From Bdellovibrionales bacterium (GTDB taxonomy: Bacteria > Bdellovibrionota > UBA1018 > CAIMNF01), in contig CANNBJ010000002.1 in assembly GCA_947502835.1 (NCBI GenBank), positions 397,850-461,849 on the forward strand: a stretch of 64,000 nt of DNA, given 5' to 3'. Positions 30,192 to 40,527 of the stretch are shown in pieces. The notes under the pieces are model-generated. The model had not been told where the DNA came from. It saw nothing but the letters and a program-made list of their open reading frames with translations, and did not search any database. Numbering within the stretch: position 1 is the stretch's first letter; each line of letters opens with the position of its first letter. The position numbers and the translations under genes are program-made.

Positions 30192-30279
30192 GGGGAAGGG
30201 TGTAATCCACCCCGGACAGGCTTCGCAAGGCGGAAAGGCGCCCGTTTTGCGAAATCATGATTTGTGGTAGCGTCGGATC

Positions 30280-31425
30280 ATGAAAAAGATCCGACTTCTC
30301 ACTCCCGGTCCGACTGCGATTCCAGAGTCGGTTTTGGCCAAGTTCGCCGAACCCGTCATTCATCACCGTACGTCCCTGTTTGAGACCGAGTTCAAAGTCC
30401 TTCAGGATCATTTGAAATGGTTGTTCCAGACCAAACAATTGGTTCTCACTCTGACCTGCACTGGCACCGGAGCCATGGAATCCACGGTCGCGGGGCTGTT
30501 TTCCCCCGGGGATTCCGTGATCGTCGTGAATGGCGGCAAGTTTGGCGAACGCTGGACAAAACTCTCGAAAACCTACGGGCTGAATGTGGATGAGATCCTG
30601 CTCGAACGGGGTACGGCGGTTTCCCTGCAGGAGTTGGAAGCAAGAATGCGGGCGAATCCCGGGGCAAAGGCCGTTTTGTTCCAGGCCTCCGAAACTTCAA
30701 CCGGGGCATTGATGCCCGTGAAGGGGATTGTTGATCTTTGCAGGACCCATGGAATGCTGAGCGTGTGTGACGGAATCACGGCGGTGGGGATCCTGAATCT
30801 GCCCATGGATGAGTGGGGAATCGATGTTTTGATTACCGGGTCGCAGAAGGCGCTGATGCTGCCCCCCGGGCTCTCCTTTCTTGCGCTGAGCGAGCGCGCA
30901 TGGAAGGCGACGGAATCTTCCCGATTACCGAAATATTACTTTGACCTCGTTCGCGAAAGAAAGATGCAGGAAAAGCAGCAAACAGCGTGGACTCCCGGCA
31001 TCTCCCTGATTCACGGGGGAGTGGAATCACTGCGCCTGCTCCGCGAGGAGGGGCTCCCCGCTTTGTTCGAGCGACATGAGCGCTTGGCCCGATGCACGCG
31101 TGCGGCCGCAACGGCGCTGGGGCTCGAGTTTTTCTCGCGATCGCCTTCTCCCGTCCTGACGACGGTGAAGGTGCCGGAATCGTTTTCGGTCGAGCAGGGC
31201 AAGCAGATCCAGAAAATCATGCAGGAAAAATACGGGGTCATCATCACGGGAGGACAGGACGAGCTTCAGGGCAAGATTTTGAGGCTGTCCCACTTCGGAT
31301 ACTGCGATGTGTTCGATGTGATGACCGGAATCGGAGCGCTGGAGCTTGCCCTCGCCGACCTCGGGCACCCGGTCAGGTTCGGATCCGGCACAGGGGCGGT
31401 TCTCACGGCATTTCGGGAAACCTGA
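30280..31425 (+). CDS. Class V PLP aminotransferase (alanine-glyoxylate/serine-pyruvate type)
   Basis: LLTPGPT, GTGAME, SETSTG and GSQKALMLPPG motifs. Confidence 0.92.
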   Translation: MKKIRLLTPGPTAIPESVLAKFAEPVIHHRTSLFETEFKVLQDHLKWLFQTKQLVLTLTCTGTGAMESTVAGLFSPGDSVIVVNGGKFGERWTKLSKTYGLNVDEILLERGTAVSLQELEARMRANPGAKAVLFQASETSTGALMPVKGIVDLCRTHGMLSVCDGITAVGILNLPMDEWGIDVLITGSQKALMLPPGLSFLALSERAWKATESSRLPKYYFDLVRERKMQEKQQTAWTPGISLIHGGVESLRLLREEGLPALFERHERLARCTRAAATALGLEFFSRSPSPVLTTVKVPESFSVEQGKQIQKIMQEKYGVIITGGQDELQGKILRLSHFGYCDVFDVMTGIGALELALADLGHPVRFGSGTGAVLTAFRET

Positions 31426-33256
31426 AGAGACTGCACTCGTTCCACTCGAAGTCTTTCACGCAGCCCAAGGCTCTCCGGATCGGAGTGGAGAGAAGATCCT
31501 TTTTCCGGTCGTCCCCGTCCGTGTGGGTGTCGTGCAGGTATTTCCGCAGGACATCGGTCTCCCTGGGGAATTCCCTCGCGAGCGAAGGGCCGTCACATTG
31601 CCAGGAATTCCCGGCGAGGAAGGTCATCCGCCGATCCCATGCCGATTGGATCTCGCGCAACTCCTCGGCAATCACCAGGCTCCCGATCGAGTCCGCAAAG
31701 CGTTCCGATGAGGGGGAACTGAAGTCTTCGTCGATGAGTTCCTTGCGCTCCGAGAATTCTCCTTCATTCCGGATCATTTCTGCTTCGATTCGTTCAAACA
31801 GGGAGGTCGTGAATTTCAGGGAATTTCTGAGGCGCTCTGAAGGGTCGCTCGCAGAGGAACACTGATACTCCATGCCGAATACGGTGAGGATGGAAAGCTC
31901 CCCGCTCAAATCCTCATGTTTCCACTGGGTCTGCAAGTAGTGGCATGCGTTCATGAAGGACGGGTTCTTTGCCCTTTTTCCATTTGCGAGGGGAAGCGCG
32001 GGCTGGGTGATGCGAATGAAAGCCTCCTCATCGGCAAGGGCGCGGATTTTCTCCCGGATTGCGGATTCGGCAAAGCGGGTGATTGCCTCCTCCCGAAGCA
32101 GTCGTGTCTCCGGTTTTTTCTTGAGGCAGCGGTTGAATTCCCTGAGGGGAGGCTCGAATCCTGAAATGCCCTCCATCAGGTCGCGCGTCCCGGTTTTGAA
32201 GTCGCTCCAGTCCTCGCAGGAGGCGGCGGAAGGGGTTCCCCCGCAGAGGCGTTGGTTGAAGATTTCAAGTTTCCGGGAGAGCTCGCTGCTTTTGTAAAAA
32301 AGATGAAGGCTCCTCGAGTGATCAAGCGCATGAGCCATTTCATGGGCAAGGGTGATCATCATGTCCTCGCTGTTGAAATCACCCGCGCACACCGTGAGTG
32401 CGTTGAGATTCGGATAGTAGAATGCGTTCATGTTGGTTGAGGAACAATCTTGATCGACAATTTCCGGCAGGCTCCCCGGCAGGACGAGGGTCAAGGAGCG
32501 GATTCTCCCGATCCAGTCGGATTTCAGCTCCTGAGTCACGGGCAGGGAGGGGATCAGCTTCAGGTAGGTTTTCCTCAGTTTTTCAAACGTCGTGGTCACT
32601 TTCTTCCAATTCGGATGATCGCGCCAGATTGCCTTGGAAATTTCGGAAAGAAGGATTTTTTGTTCTATCTTCGAGGTGTGAACCATTTCCGGAGGGAGGA
32701 GGGATGCGGGGATCCGGGGGAATTCGGGAAAGCGGTTGGTCAGTCTCGTGATCAGGGTGTCACTCAGAGCAAGGTTCCACAGGTGCTCCACCCGGTGCTC
32801 CACCTCATTGGCCTCGATTCTGTCCATCAAGGACATCTTCTCGAAAGGCTCACGGTGGATCAGCGAGTCGAGTGTTTCGAAGTACCGGTGTGCTTTCAGG
32901 ATGGAATAAAAGTCGCGGGGCAATCGTTCGCGATTCCGGATCTTGCTTCGGGAGAGCTCGTGATACACGTGGTGGAGGCCGTTCCGTGTTTTCCCTTGCA
33001 GGATGTAAATGGGGCCACCCCTTTGCTGCTGGATGATCAAATTGCCTTCGGACTCCGGACCATAGAGTGAATCGCAGTACTGAGACATGAGGGCGAGACA
33101 TCCGGTTTCCGAGGGACGCCTCATTTCGGTCCCGGGAGGGGAGAGGGTCGTGATCCCGGCATCCGTCTCGCTGCTGACCCTGAACATGCTGCACGAAACC
33201 AGTGCAGGACCTCCTAGAATCAAGAAAATGGTTTGAAAAACGAGCCGGTACATCAT
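31403..33256 (-). CDS. Putative lipoprotein zinc peptidase, M13-like gluzincin
   Basis: Lipobox-like LVSC; NAFY, HEMAH, ERFAD and H..R near the C-terminus; start uncertain. Confidence 0.7.
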   Translation of the reverse strand: MMYRLVFQTIFLILGGPALVSCSMFRVSSETDAGITTLSPPGTEMRRPSETGCLALMSQYCDSLYGPESEGNLIIQQQRGGPIYILQGKTRNGLHHVYHELSRSKIRNRERLPRDFYSILKAHRYFETLDSLIHREPFEKMSLMDRIEANEVEHRVEHLWNLALSDTLITRLTNRFPEFPRIPASLLPPEMVHTSKIEQKILLSEISKAIWRDHPNWKKVTTTFEKLRKTYLKLIPSLPVTQELKSDWIGRIRSLTLVLPGSLPEIVDQDCSSTNMNAFYYPNLNALTVCAGDFNSEDMMITLAHEMAHALDHSRSLHLFYKSSELSRKLEIFNQRLCGGTPSAASCEDWSDFKTGTRDLMEGISGFEPPLREFNRCLKKKPETRLLREEAITRFAESAIREKIRALADEEAFIRITQPALPLANGKRAKNPSFMNACHYLQTQWKHEDLSGELSILTVFGMEYQCSSASDPSERLRNSLKFTTSLFERIEAEMIRNEGEFSERKELIDEDFSSPSSERFADSIGSLVIAEELREIQSAWDRRMTFLAGNSWQCDGPSLAREFPRETDVLRKYLHDTHTDGDDRKKDLLSTPIRRALGCVKDFEWNECSLFRFPEMP

Positions 33257-33378
33257 CCTTAATGATCTCATTGGAGCGGGACGGGGGGTAGTGTGTCGGG
33301 CAGGACCCTCTTTTAAAAAAATCTTGATCCCTTGGGTCGCATCTGTTAGACCTGAGCTTCCTTTCAAGCAGTTACGAT

Positions 33379-33454
33379 GAGTCCATAGCTCAGTTGGTAG
33401 AGCATTTCACTTTTAATGAAAGGGTCGAAGGTTCGAATCCTTCTGGACTCACCA
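33379..33454 (+). tRNA. tRNA-Lys(TTT)
   Basis: GAGTCCA/TGGACTC acceptor stem, anticodon arm TTTCA-CTTTTAA-TGAAA, GTTCGAATC T-loop, encoded CCA; 76 nt. Confidence 0.97.
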
Positions 33455-33471
33455 CTTTTAAGCCGAATCAA

Positions 33472-34041
33472 ATGGTTACTGACATCATTCCATTCCTAGG
33501 TACGGTTTTTTCCCTGGCAATCCTCGAAACCCTTCTGTCCCTCGACAATGCGGTTGTTCTTGCCCTCATGGCCTCCGAGCTTCCGGAGCGGGAGCAGAAA
33601 AAGGCTCTCAAGTACGGACTTTGGGGTGCCGTGATTCTCCGGATTCTCGCCGTTTATTTTGCAACCCAGCTCGTGAGCATCGCATGGGTGAAGGCCCTCG
33701 GGGGCGCTTACCTTCTTTGGCTTGCGATCGTTTATTTCGTCAAAAAGGGTGGGGGCAAGAAAAAGACCCATAGAACCTCGAAGAACTTCTGGGCAGTGGT
33801 TTTCTGGATCGAGTTAACGGATTTGGTTTTTGCCATTGATTCCATCCTCGCTGCGGTGGCGATCACCTCGAACTACTGGGCGATCGTGGCCGGTGGCCTG
33901 ATGGGTGTTGTGGCCATCCGGTTTGCGGCGGGCAGGTTCATTGTTCTGCTCGAGCGCTATCCGAAGATTGAAACCTTTGCGTATCTCCTGGTGGCGGGGG
34001 TGGGCCTCAAGGTTCTGGTCCAGGTCTCCTATTCCTTTTGA
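33472..34041 (+). CDS. TerC family membrane protein
   Basis: LETLLSLDNAVV and DLVFAIDSILAA motifs. Confidence 0.92.
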   Translation: MVTDIIPFLGTVFSLAILETLLSLDNAVVLALMASELPEREQKKALKYGLWGAVILRILAVYFATQLVSIAWVKALGGAYLLWLAIVYFVKKGGGKKKTHRTSKNFWAVVFWIELTDLVFAIDSILAAVAITSNYWAIVAGGLMGVVAIRFAAGRFIVLLERYPKIETFAYLLVAGVGLKVLVQVSYSF

Positions 34042-35378
34042 TAGCTCTGTACTTCGATCTGGCTTTCGGGAATGCCGAGAATCTTTGCGATCGGGCCTCT
34101 TGAAAGGGATGAGGTTGCAACAAGCCCGACCATCAGCCGTTCCGGCTCAAGGAATGTAGCCAGGGCCGCATTCACCTGGTCCCGGGTGATCTTCGAAATC
34201 CGGTCGGCGTAGTCGGTGAAATATCCCTCAGGAAGTCCAAAGACCACCTCGGTGAGCCGGTTCTCGAGGCGTCTTTGCGGGGTGTTGTAGGTGAAGCCCG
34301 CACTGTTGATGATGCTCTTTCTTGCAAAATCAAATTCCTTCTCTGTGATCCCGTTTTGCTTCAGATCCCGGACCATGTTCAGGGCCTCTTGGATTGCAGC
34401 GGGGGTATCCGCATTCTTCGGAAAGAAGCCGATCTTCCACGAGTGGGGGCTGCTTCCCAGTTTGAAGTTGCTCCCGGCTCCATAGGTCCATCCCCGTTTC
34501 ACACGCAGTTCAATCATGAGGCGGGCCTGGAATCCGGCCCCGCCAAAGGCATGGTTGGCAAGCTGAAGGGCGTCGAGATCCGGGGTTTTGAAGGAGACCC
34601 CCTTCTGTCCGATGAGCACTTGGGTTTGGGTCCGCTCGGGTTTGTCGAAGATCACCACGCGGAGTTTCTGATTTTTCTGTTCGAATTCGGGAATCGGGGC
34701 GATCGAACGGGAATCCGCCTTTCCGCGGGAGACCGCCCCCACAAACTCCTCGAATCGGGAACGTTCCGCATCGCCGGCAGCCAGAAGGACGAGATTCGGT
34801 CCCGTGATCAGTTTTTGATACTGACTCTGAAGGTCCGCAACCCCCAGTTTCTGGATGTCCTTGATTTTTCCATGATTTGGCTTCGAATAAGGGTGTCCGC
34901 GGAAAAAGGTTTCATCAAAGCGGAGCTTCACAAGCGAGCGATCCTGGTTCAATTCGTCGAGAAGTGCGGAACTCTGCTCTTTCTTCAGTTTTTCCAGCTC
35001 AAGGGATCGGAATGAGGGTGTCGTGATGATCTCGGTCAAAAGTGAAAGGTATGCCGGAAGGTTTTCGGAAAGCACCATCCCCCGGAATGCGATGAACTCG
35101 GCGCGGGTCTCGAACTCGATTGCGCCCCCCATCTGATCAAGGGCAAGATCGATCTGCGACTTTGTCTTGTTCTTGGTGCCCCGAAGCATCAATCGCCCCA
35201 TCAAGTCGGTGGCTCCGCTTTTCTGATCGGGGTCCTGGGTCGCGCCTCCGCGGAAAGCAGCGGTCACATACACAAGTGGGAGCGATGGGTCCCGTTCAAA
35301 AAAGAACTCTGCCGCCAAAGCGGGTACATGAAGGAACACTTGGACGAAAACGAATGCCAGAATGGTTTTTGGTTTCAT
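34029..35378 (-). CDS. M16 peptidase, non-catalytic subunit
   Basis: Signal peptide; HxxEH is missing (DLMGR at that position); C-terminal LRVKRGWTY. Confidence 0.88.
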   Translation of the reverse strand: MKPKTILAFVFVQVFLHVPALAAEFFFERDPSLPLVYVTAAFRGGATQDPDQKSGATDLMGRLMLRGTKNKTKSQIDLALDQMGGAIEFETRAEFIAFRGMVLSENLPAYLSLLTEIITTPSFRSLELEKLKKEQSSALLDELNQDRSLVKLRFDETFFRGHPYSKPNHGKIKDIQKLGVADLQSQYQKLITGPNLVLLAAGDAERSRFEEFVGAVSRGKADSRSIAPIPEFEQKNQKLRVVIFDKPERTQTQVLIGQKGVSFKTPDLDALQLANHAFGGAGFQARLMIELRVKRGWTYGAGSNFKLGSSPHSWKIGFFPKNADTPAAIQEALNMVRDLKQNGITEKEFDFARKSIINSAGFTYNTPQRRLENRLTEVVFGLPEGYFTDYADRISKITRDQVNAALATFLEPERLMVGLVATSSLSRGPIAKILGIPESQIEVQSYQKE

Positions 35379-35401
35379 ATAGATTCTTCCCTGTGGATTT
35401 C

Positions 35402-36793
35402 TCATGGGCGTTTTTTCGGCACCGCAATCACGACGGTCATTTTCGAGGTGTCGAAGTAGCGTTTCACTGCATTCTTGACCTGTTCCGGGTTGAGGTCGTA
35501 GACCTGATCCTGCAAGCGGATTCCGCGCTCAAGCCCGCCCACCGATGTCTCGGCCTGACCGATGAAGTTCGCCTTTCCGCTCGCGCTCGCGAGTCGTTCC
35601 AGAAACTTGAATCTCATCACATTCTTCGAGCGGGTGAGTTCTTCTGCGCCCACCGGAGAATTCTTCAGGCGATCGATTTCCCGGAGGATCACCGTTTCTG
35701 CAAGAAGCGCACTCTTTCCCTTTTGGAGATCGGCCTCGATCATGAAAAGGCCCGGGTCCTTCATCGTGAATGATCCCGAACTGACGGAGACCGCGATCCC
35801 CGAATCCACCAGCGCTCTTTTCAGGCGGCCGTTTTTCCCCTCGGACAGCAATCCTTGGATGGCTTCGAACGCGGGACTGTCGGGGGAGTCTGCGGCGGGC
35901 ACCTTGAAAGCCATCCAGATTTTCTCGACCTCGATGTTCAGTTCGAGTCTCTTTCTTCTCTGCGCTGTTTGCTCCGGTTCCGGTTTCACAGGAGCGTCCG
36001 GAATTCTTTTTGCCGGAATGCCGCCGTAGATCTTCTCGACTCTCCGGAGAGCCTTCTCGGGATCGACATCCCCCACGATGACCAAGGTTGCGCGATCCGG
36101 GCTGTAGTAGCGCTCGTAAAATTCGCGTGCATCCTTTGCATTCATCACATTGAGGTCCTGTTCGTATCCGATGACCGGCCAGTGATAGGGGTGCTCGAGA
36201 AAAGCGGTTTCAAGCAGGGTTTGATAGATGGTTCCCTCCGCGGAATTCTCCTTCCGGAATCGCCTTTCGTTCTGAACCACCTCCCGCTCGGTATTGAAGG
36301 ATTGCTCATTCACGATGAGGTTCACCATCCGATCCCCTTCAAGGGAGCTGATGAGGTCCAGGCCTTGTTTCGGGAGTTCCTGGATGTACACCGTGTGATC
36401 ATTCGAGGTGAATGCGTTCTCCCCCTCTGCCCCGGCCTCTTCGAGCAGCGCATCGAACTCACCTTGGGGATGTTTCGTTGTTCCCTTGAACATCATGTGT
36501 TCAAAAAGGTGGGCGAGCCCCGTTTTGCCGGGAACCTCATGAATGGAGCCGACGTTGAACCAGGTTTGATAGGCGAAGGTGGGGGAAGAGCGATCCTGAA
36601 GGATCATGACCGTGAGTCCGTTCGGGAGCCTGGCCCGGCGCACCTTGAAATCTCCCACAAAGGGGATCACCTCGAAACGTCCCTCCGTTTGAACTTCCGG
36701 ATGGCCGGGGATTGCCGGTTTCTTCGGGGTTTGGCTGCAAGAGGCCAGGGAGGCGAGGAGAATCACCAATGAGAGCTGCTGGAGTGGTCGCAT
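35402..36793 (-). CDS. M16 peptidase, catalytic subunit (probable lipoprotein)
   Basis: GLAHLFEHMMFKG, NAFT and EREVVQNE motifs; lipobox LASC; GGAGG SD. Confidence 0.93.
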   Translation of the reverse strand: MRPLQQLSLVILLASLASCSQTPKKPAIPGHPEVQTEGRFEVIPFVGDFKVRRARLPNGLTVMILQDRSSPTFAYQTWFNVGSIHEVPGKTGLAHLFEHMMFKGTTKHPQGEFDALLEEAGAEGENAFTSNDHTVYIQELPKQGLDLISSLEGDRMVNLIVNEQSFNTEREVVQNERRFRKENSAEGTIYQTLLETAFLEHPYHWPVIGYEQDLNVMNAKDAREFYERYYSPDRATLVIVGDVDPEKALRRVEKIYGGIPAKRIPDAPVKPEPEQTAQRRKRLELNIEVEKIWMAFKVPAADSPDSPAFEAIQGLLSEGKNGRLKRALVDSGIAVSVSSGSFTMKDPGLFMIEADLQKGKSALLAETVILREIDRLKNSPVGAEELTRSKNVMRFKFLERLASASGKANFIGQAETSVGGLERGIRLQDQVYDLNPEQVKNAVKRYFDTSKMTVVIAVPKKRP

Positions 36794-36886
36794 ATTCCTC
36801 CCATGATCCATGAAACGCGCCCGAATGTCAGTGTTGATGTGTTGACTGAATGGGATGGATCTTCGTACTCTGGGAGAGGGGGGCGA

Positions 36887-37699
36887 ATGGCACAACTGAA
36901 TCACTACCGGAAGCCGCGGATTTTGCACGCCTCGGGAGGCGATCGCCGGAGGAACGCCGTGTACTGGGTGTTCGGACTTCTGGCGCTCGGGTTGATCGGT
37001 TTCGGGATCAAGCAGGCGGTGCGGTCATCCCTTTTCACTCTCCGATCCGTCGTGGTTGAACCGTTGTCGTCAAATTACCCCTTGAGTCGAGAACAGGTGC
37101 TGGAGATGGCCGATATCCGGGTGGGTTTCGGATCGTTGTTCGATCTCAAGCTGGCTCCTGTCGAATCACGCCTTCGGGAGCACCCCTGGGTTAAGGGTGT
37201 GATCCTTGGAAAACAGTTTCCCGGGACGCTCTCCCTTCGGGTGGTGGAGCGGACTCCGGTTGCGCTATTGACCGAGACGAACGGAAGAGTCCTGTATCTG
37301 GAGTCGGATGGCTCGACGTTCGAGGATCGTGCCCTGGTGTATCCGGGAGAACTGCCGATTCTGACCGGATTTTCCTCAACGGAGTCCGGAGTGCTCCGAA
37401 AAATCAATACGTTCGTTACCACATGGTTCGGGCCGGATGTGATTCCCGGGCTCAAGCTTTCTTCTCTCAGTTATGATGAAAAACTCGGCTTGCGCGCGAT
37501 GATCTCGTACCCCATGAAAAATCAGAAAGTCATGAGAACCGTTTTGGAGCTCGGCTTGAACCTTGAAGATGCCGCAGAGCTCCCTATAGAGAGGCTGAAG
37601 AAGGTTCTTCAATACATTGCGCAAAGATCGCAACCCGCGTCAAAGATTTGGCTTGGGAATGGTAAAAAAATCGTTGTCAAATTTTCGAGAGGTCCATAA
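36887..37699 (+). CDS. ftsQ: Cell division protein FtsQ/DivIB
   Basis: TM segment plus POTRA-like region (HPWV...FPGTLSLRVVERTPVA); directly upstream of ftsA. Confidence 0.85.
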   Translation: MAQLNHYRKPRILHASGGDRRRNAVYWVFGLLALGLIGFGIKQAVRSSLFTLRSVVVEPLSSNYPLSREQVLEMADIRVGFGSLFDLKLAPVESRLREHPWVKGVILGKQFPGTLSLRVVERTPVALLTETNGRVLYLESDGSTFEDRALVYPGELPILTGFSSTESGVLRKINTFVTTWFGPDVIPGLKLSSLSYDEKLGLRAMISYPMKNQKVMRTVLELGLNLEDAAELPIERLKKVLQYIAQRSQPASKIWLGNGKKIVVKFSRGP

Positions 37700-37804
37700 G
37701 CTTTTCGATAGATTGCGTCAGATGGAATTTTGTCGCAAAAAAAAAGCGACATGTTAGCATTAGGGATAAGTCGCTGCCCGTGCTCATGGAAGGAGGAGGG
37801 TCAA

Positions 37805-39073
37805 GTGTCAAAAAAAGATTTGATCGTCGGTTTGGATATCGGCACCACCAAGGTGGTTTGCATTGTCGGAGAGGTTCATCCCTTTGTTCAAGGTGAAGAA
37901 ACCAAGATCGATATCATCGGATTCGGCCAGTCTCCTTCCACAGGATTGCGCAAAGGCGTCGTCATCAATATTGATTCAACGGTTGAGGCGATTCGAAAAG
38001 CGGTAAAAGAAGCCGAAAACATGGCTGGAATCAAAATCAGTTCCGCTTATGTGGGGATTGCAGGCACGCACATCAAGTCCTTCAACTCCTCAGGAGTGGT
38101 CGCAGTCAAGGACAAGGAAATCACGGAACAGGATGTGCAGCGTGTGATTGAGGCCGCCCAGGCGATCGTGATTCCACAAGACCGTGAAGTGCTTCATGTG
38201 ATTCCCCAGGAGTTCATCATTGATGATCAGGATGGAATCCGCGATCCGGTCGGAATGAACGGTGTTCGCCTTGAAGCCAAGGTTCATGTGGTTACCGGTG
38301 CCATATCGACTGCCCAAAATCTCATCAAATGCGCGAATCGAGCTGGAATTCAAGTGACCAAGCTCTGCCTTCAGCCCATTGCGTCGAGTGCAGCGGTTCT
38401 CAGCAATGACGAAAAGGAGCTCGGTGTTGCTCTTGTGGATATCGGTGGTGGGACTACCGATATCGCGATCTTCCGTGAAGGTGCTCTTCTTCATACGGGA
38501 GTTCTTCCTGTCGGGGGTGTTCACATCACAAACGACATTTCAGTCGGAGTCCGCGCATCCATTGATGCGGCCGAGAAGATCAAAGTGGCCCATGGATGTG
38601 CAATGGCTTCGCTCGTGAAAGACGAGGAGACCATCGAGGTTCCGGCAGTGGGCGAAGGCAAGTCACGTGTGGTATCCAGGAAAATTCTCGCTGAAATCGT
38701 AGAGCCCCGGGTCGAGGAGATTTTTTCACTCATTCAGACCGAGATCACCAAATCGGGATATGCCGATTTGCTTGCGGCCGGAATGGTATTCACCGGCGGA
38801 ACCACACTGTTGCAGGGAATGATCGAGCTTGGTGACTTCTATTTTGAGGTTCCGCTGAAGCGCGGAGTTCCGATCCGTCTTGGCGGCCTCAAGGAGGTCG
38901 TAAATTCCCCGAAATTCTCAACCGCGGTTGGTTTGCTCAAATATGGAGCCGACCAAATGAGCCGTGGCCATCAGGCGTCCCATTCGATCATCGGGGACAC
39001 TTTGATGGGAGAAGACGGAATTGTGGGCAAGATTGGGGGCCAGATGAAAACCTGGTTCAAGGATTTGTTCTGA
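37805..39073 (+). CDS. ftsA: Cell division protein FtsA
   Basis: VGLDIGTTK, GLRKGVVINI, DIGGGTT, C-terminal amphipathic WFKDLF; AGGAGG SD with GTG start. Confidence 0.97.
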   Translation: MSKKDLIVGLDIGTTKVVCIVGEVHPFVQGEETKIDIIGFGQSPSTGLRKGVVINIDSTVEAIRKAVKEAENMAGIKISSAYVGIAGTHIKSFNSSGVVAVKDKEITEQDVQRVIEAAQAIVIPQDREVLHVIPQEFIIDDQDGIRDPVGMNGVRLEAKVHVVTGAISTAQNLIKCANRAGIQVTKLCLQPIASSAAVLSNDEKELGVALVDIGGGTTDIAIFREGALLHTGVLPVGGVHITNDISVGVRASIDAAEKIKVAHGCAMASLVKDEETIEVPAVGEGKSRVVSRKILAEIVEPRVEEIFSLIQTEITKSGYADLLAAGMVFTGGTTLLQGMIELGDFYFEVPLKRGVPIRLGGLKEVVNSPKFSTAVGLLKYGADQMSRGHQASHSIIGDTLMGEDGIVGKIGGQMKTWFKDLF

Positions 39074-39112
39074 AAATTTTCGAAAACAACTAACACAAGG
39101 AGGCGTAGTACT

Positions 39113-40453
39113 ATGTTCGAAATTCAAGAAGAGAAAACACTGGGAGCAAAAATCAAGGTAGTCGGAGTGGGTGGCGGCGGCTGTAACGCGGTCAATACCA
39201 TGATCCGCGCAGGCCTGAGTGGAGTCGAGTTCATCGCTGCCAATACAGACAAGCAAGTGCTCGAGAGTGTTCTTGCTCCGCATAAAATTGCAATCGGTCA
39301 AGAGCTGACCCGTGGACTTGGCGCGGGTGCGAATCCGGATGTCGGCCGTAAGGCAGCCCTCGAGGATTACGCTCAGATTTCTGAATTGCTCACGGGTTCG
39401 GACATGGTGTTCATCACGGCAGGGATGGGCGGTGGAACCGGAACCGGAGCAGCCCCGGTTTTCGCGAAGATCGCAAAAGAAGTGGGTGCCCTCACGGTGG
39501 GTGTTGTGACCAAGCCGTTCCTGTTTGAGGGTAAAAAGCGGATGAAGCAGGCTCTTGAAGGCATCAATCAGCTTCGCGAGAGCGTGGATTCCTTGATTAT
39601 TATTCCGAACAACCGTCTTCTGAACATCTCGGGAGCATCGCTTTCGATGATGCAGGCGTTTGGAAAAGCCGATGAAGTGCTCCTGAACGCGGTTCAGGGG
39701 ATCTCGGATCTCATCAATCACACAGGCTACATCAACAGCGACTTTGCCGACGTCCGCACCATCATGGAGAATAAGGGGCTTGCTCTCATGGGGATCGGAT
39801 TCGGTCAGGGAGATCACCGCGCGGTGGAAGCTGCGACCTCGGCGATCAGCTCGCCCCTCCTCGAGGACATCTCCATCAACGGAGCAACCGGGATCATCAT
39901 CAATATCACCGGTGGTTCGAACCTTACCCTTCACGAGGTCAATGAAGCGACATCCATCATTCAGGAAGCAGCCGATGAAGATGCTCAAATCATTTTCGGA
40001 ACCGTGATCGATGAGGCATTGAACGACAAGGTGAAGGTCACTGTGATTGCTACGGGACTCGGGTGTGATGCTTCCGCGCTTCTGACCGAGATGAAGAATG
40101 CGAATCCAGTTCGCGCCAATACGCCTCCTCCTGTACCAAGCCAGGTGAATCAGGCGATTCAAACTCTGAATGATTCTTCTGCCAATAAGAATCAGGTGAA
40201 TCAGGAGACCCAGCAAAATGCGAATCAGCTGAATCAGTTGAGCTCAGCCGCGGCGCCGAACGCCAACAATGCTGGTTCTTCGAATTCTGGAATGAATGGG
40301 AATCAGAATTCCAATTCGGCGGGTGCCGAATCCCCCGAGCTCGCACGGGCCCGGGAGATCGCAAAGCGCCTCGGGATGATCAATCAGGACGGGCAGGATT
40401 TCGATGTTCCGGCTTTCATGAGGCGCGGATCGGAAAACACAAATAACGCCTGA
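39113..40453 (+). CDS. ftsZ: Cell division protein FtsZ
   Basis: [19 protein letters not shown] and C-terminal DVPAFMRR. Confidence 0.98.
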   Translation: MFEIQEEKTLGAKIKVVGVGGGGCNAVNTMIRAGLSGVEFIAANTDKQVLESVLAPHKIAIGQELTRGLGAGANPDVGRKAALEDYAQISELLTGSDMVFITAGMGGGTGTGAAPVFAKIAKEVGALTVGVVTKPFLFEGKKRMKQALEGINQLRESVDSLIIIPNNRLLNISGASLSMMQAFGKADEVLLNAVQGISDLINHTGYINSDFADVRTIMENKGLALMGIGFGQGDHRAVEAATSAISSPLLEDISINGATGIIINITGGSNLTLHEVNEATSIIQEAADEDAQIIFGTVIDEALNDKVKVTVIATGLGCDASALLTEMKNANPVRANTPPPVPSQVNQAIQTLNDSSANKNQVNQETQQNANQLNQLSSAAAPNANNAGSSNSGMNGNQNSNSAGAESPELARAREIAKRLGMINQDGQDFDVPAFMRRGSENTNNA

Positions 40454-40478
40454 TTTCCGAAAATAGGGTAGTGTGACG

Positions 40479-40512
40479 AGTGCCCCGGTGAGTTTCATCG
40501 GGGCACTTTTTT
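40479..40512 (+). terminator. Rho-independent terminator after ftsZ
   Basis: GTGCCCCGGTGA-GTT-TCATCGGGGCAC hairpin followed by T6. Confidence 0.85.
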
Positions 40513-40527
40513 ATGGGGAGGTCCAAG

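Noticed and set aside
33394..33471. N-terminal extension of the TerC ORF
   Set aside because: It is a translation of tRNA-Lys; the real start is likely 33472.
38918..40216. 432-aa antisense ORF over ftsA/ftsZ
   Set aside because: Shadow ORF with no independent evidence.
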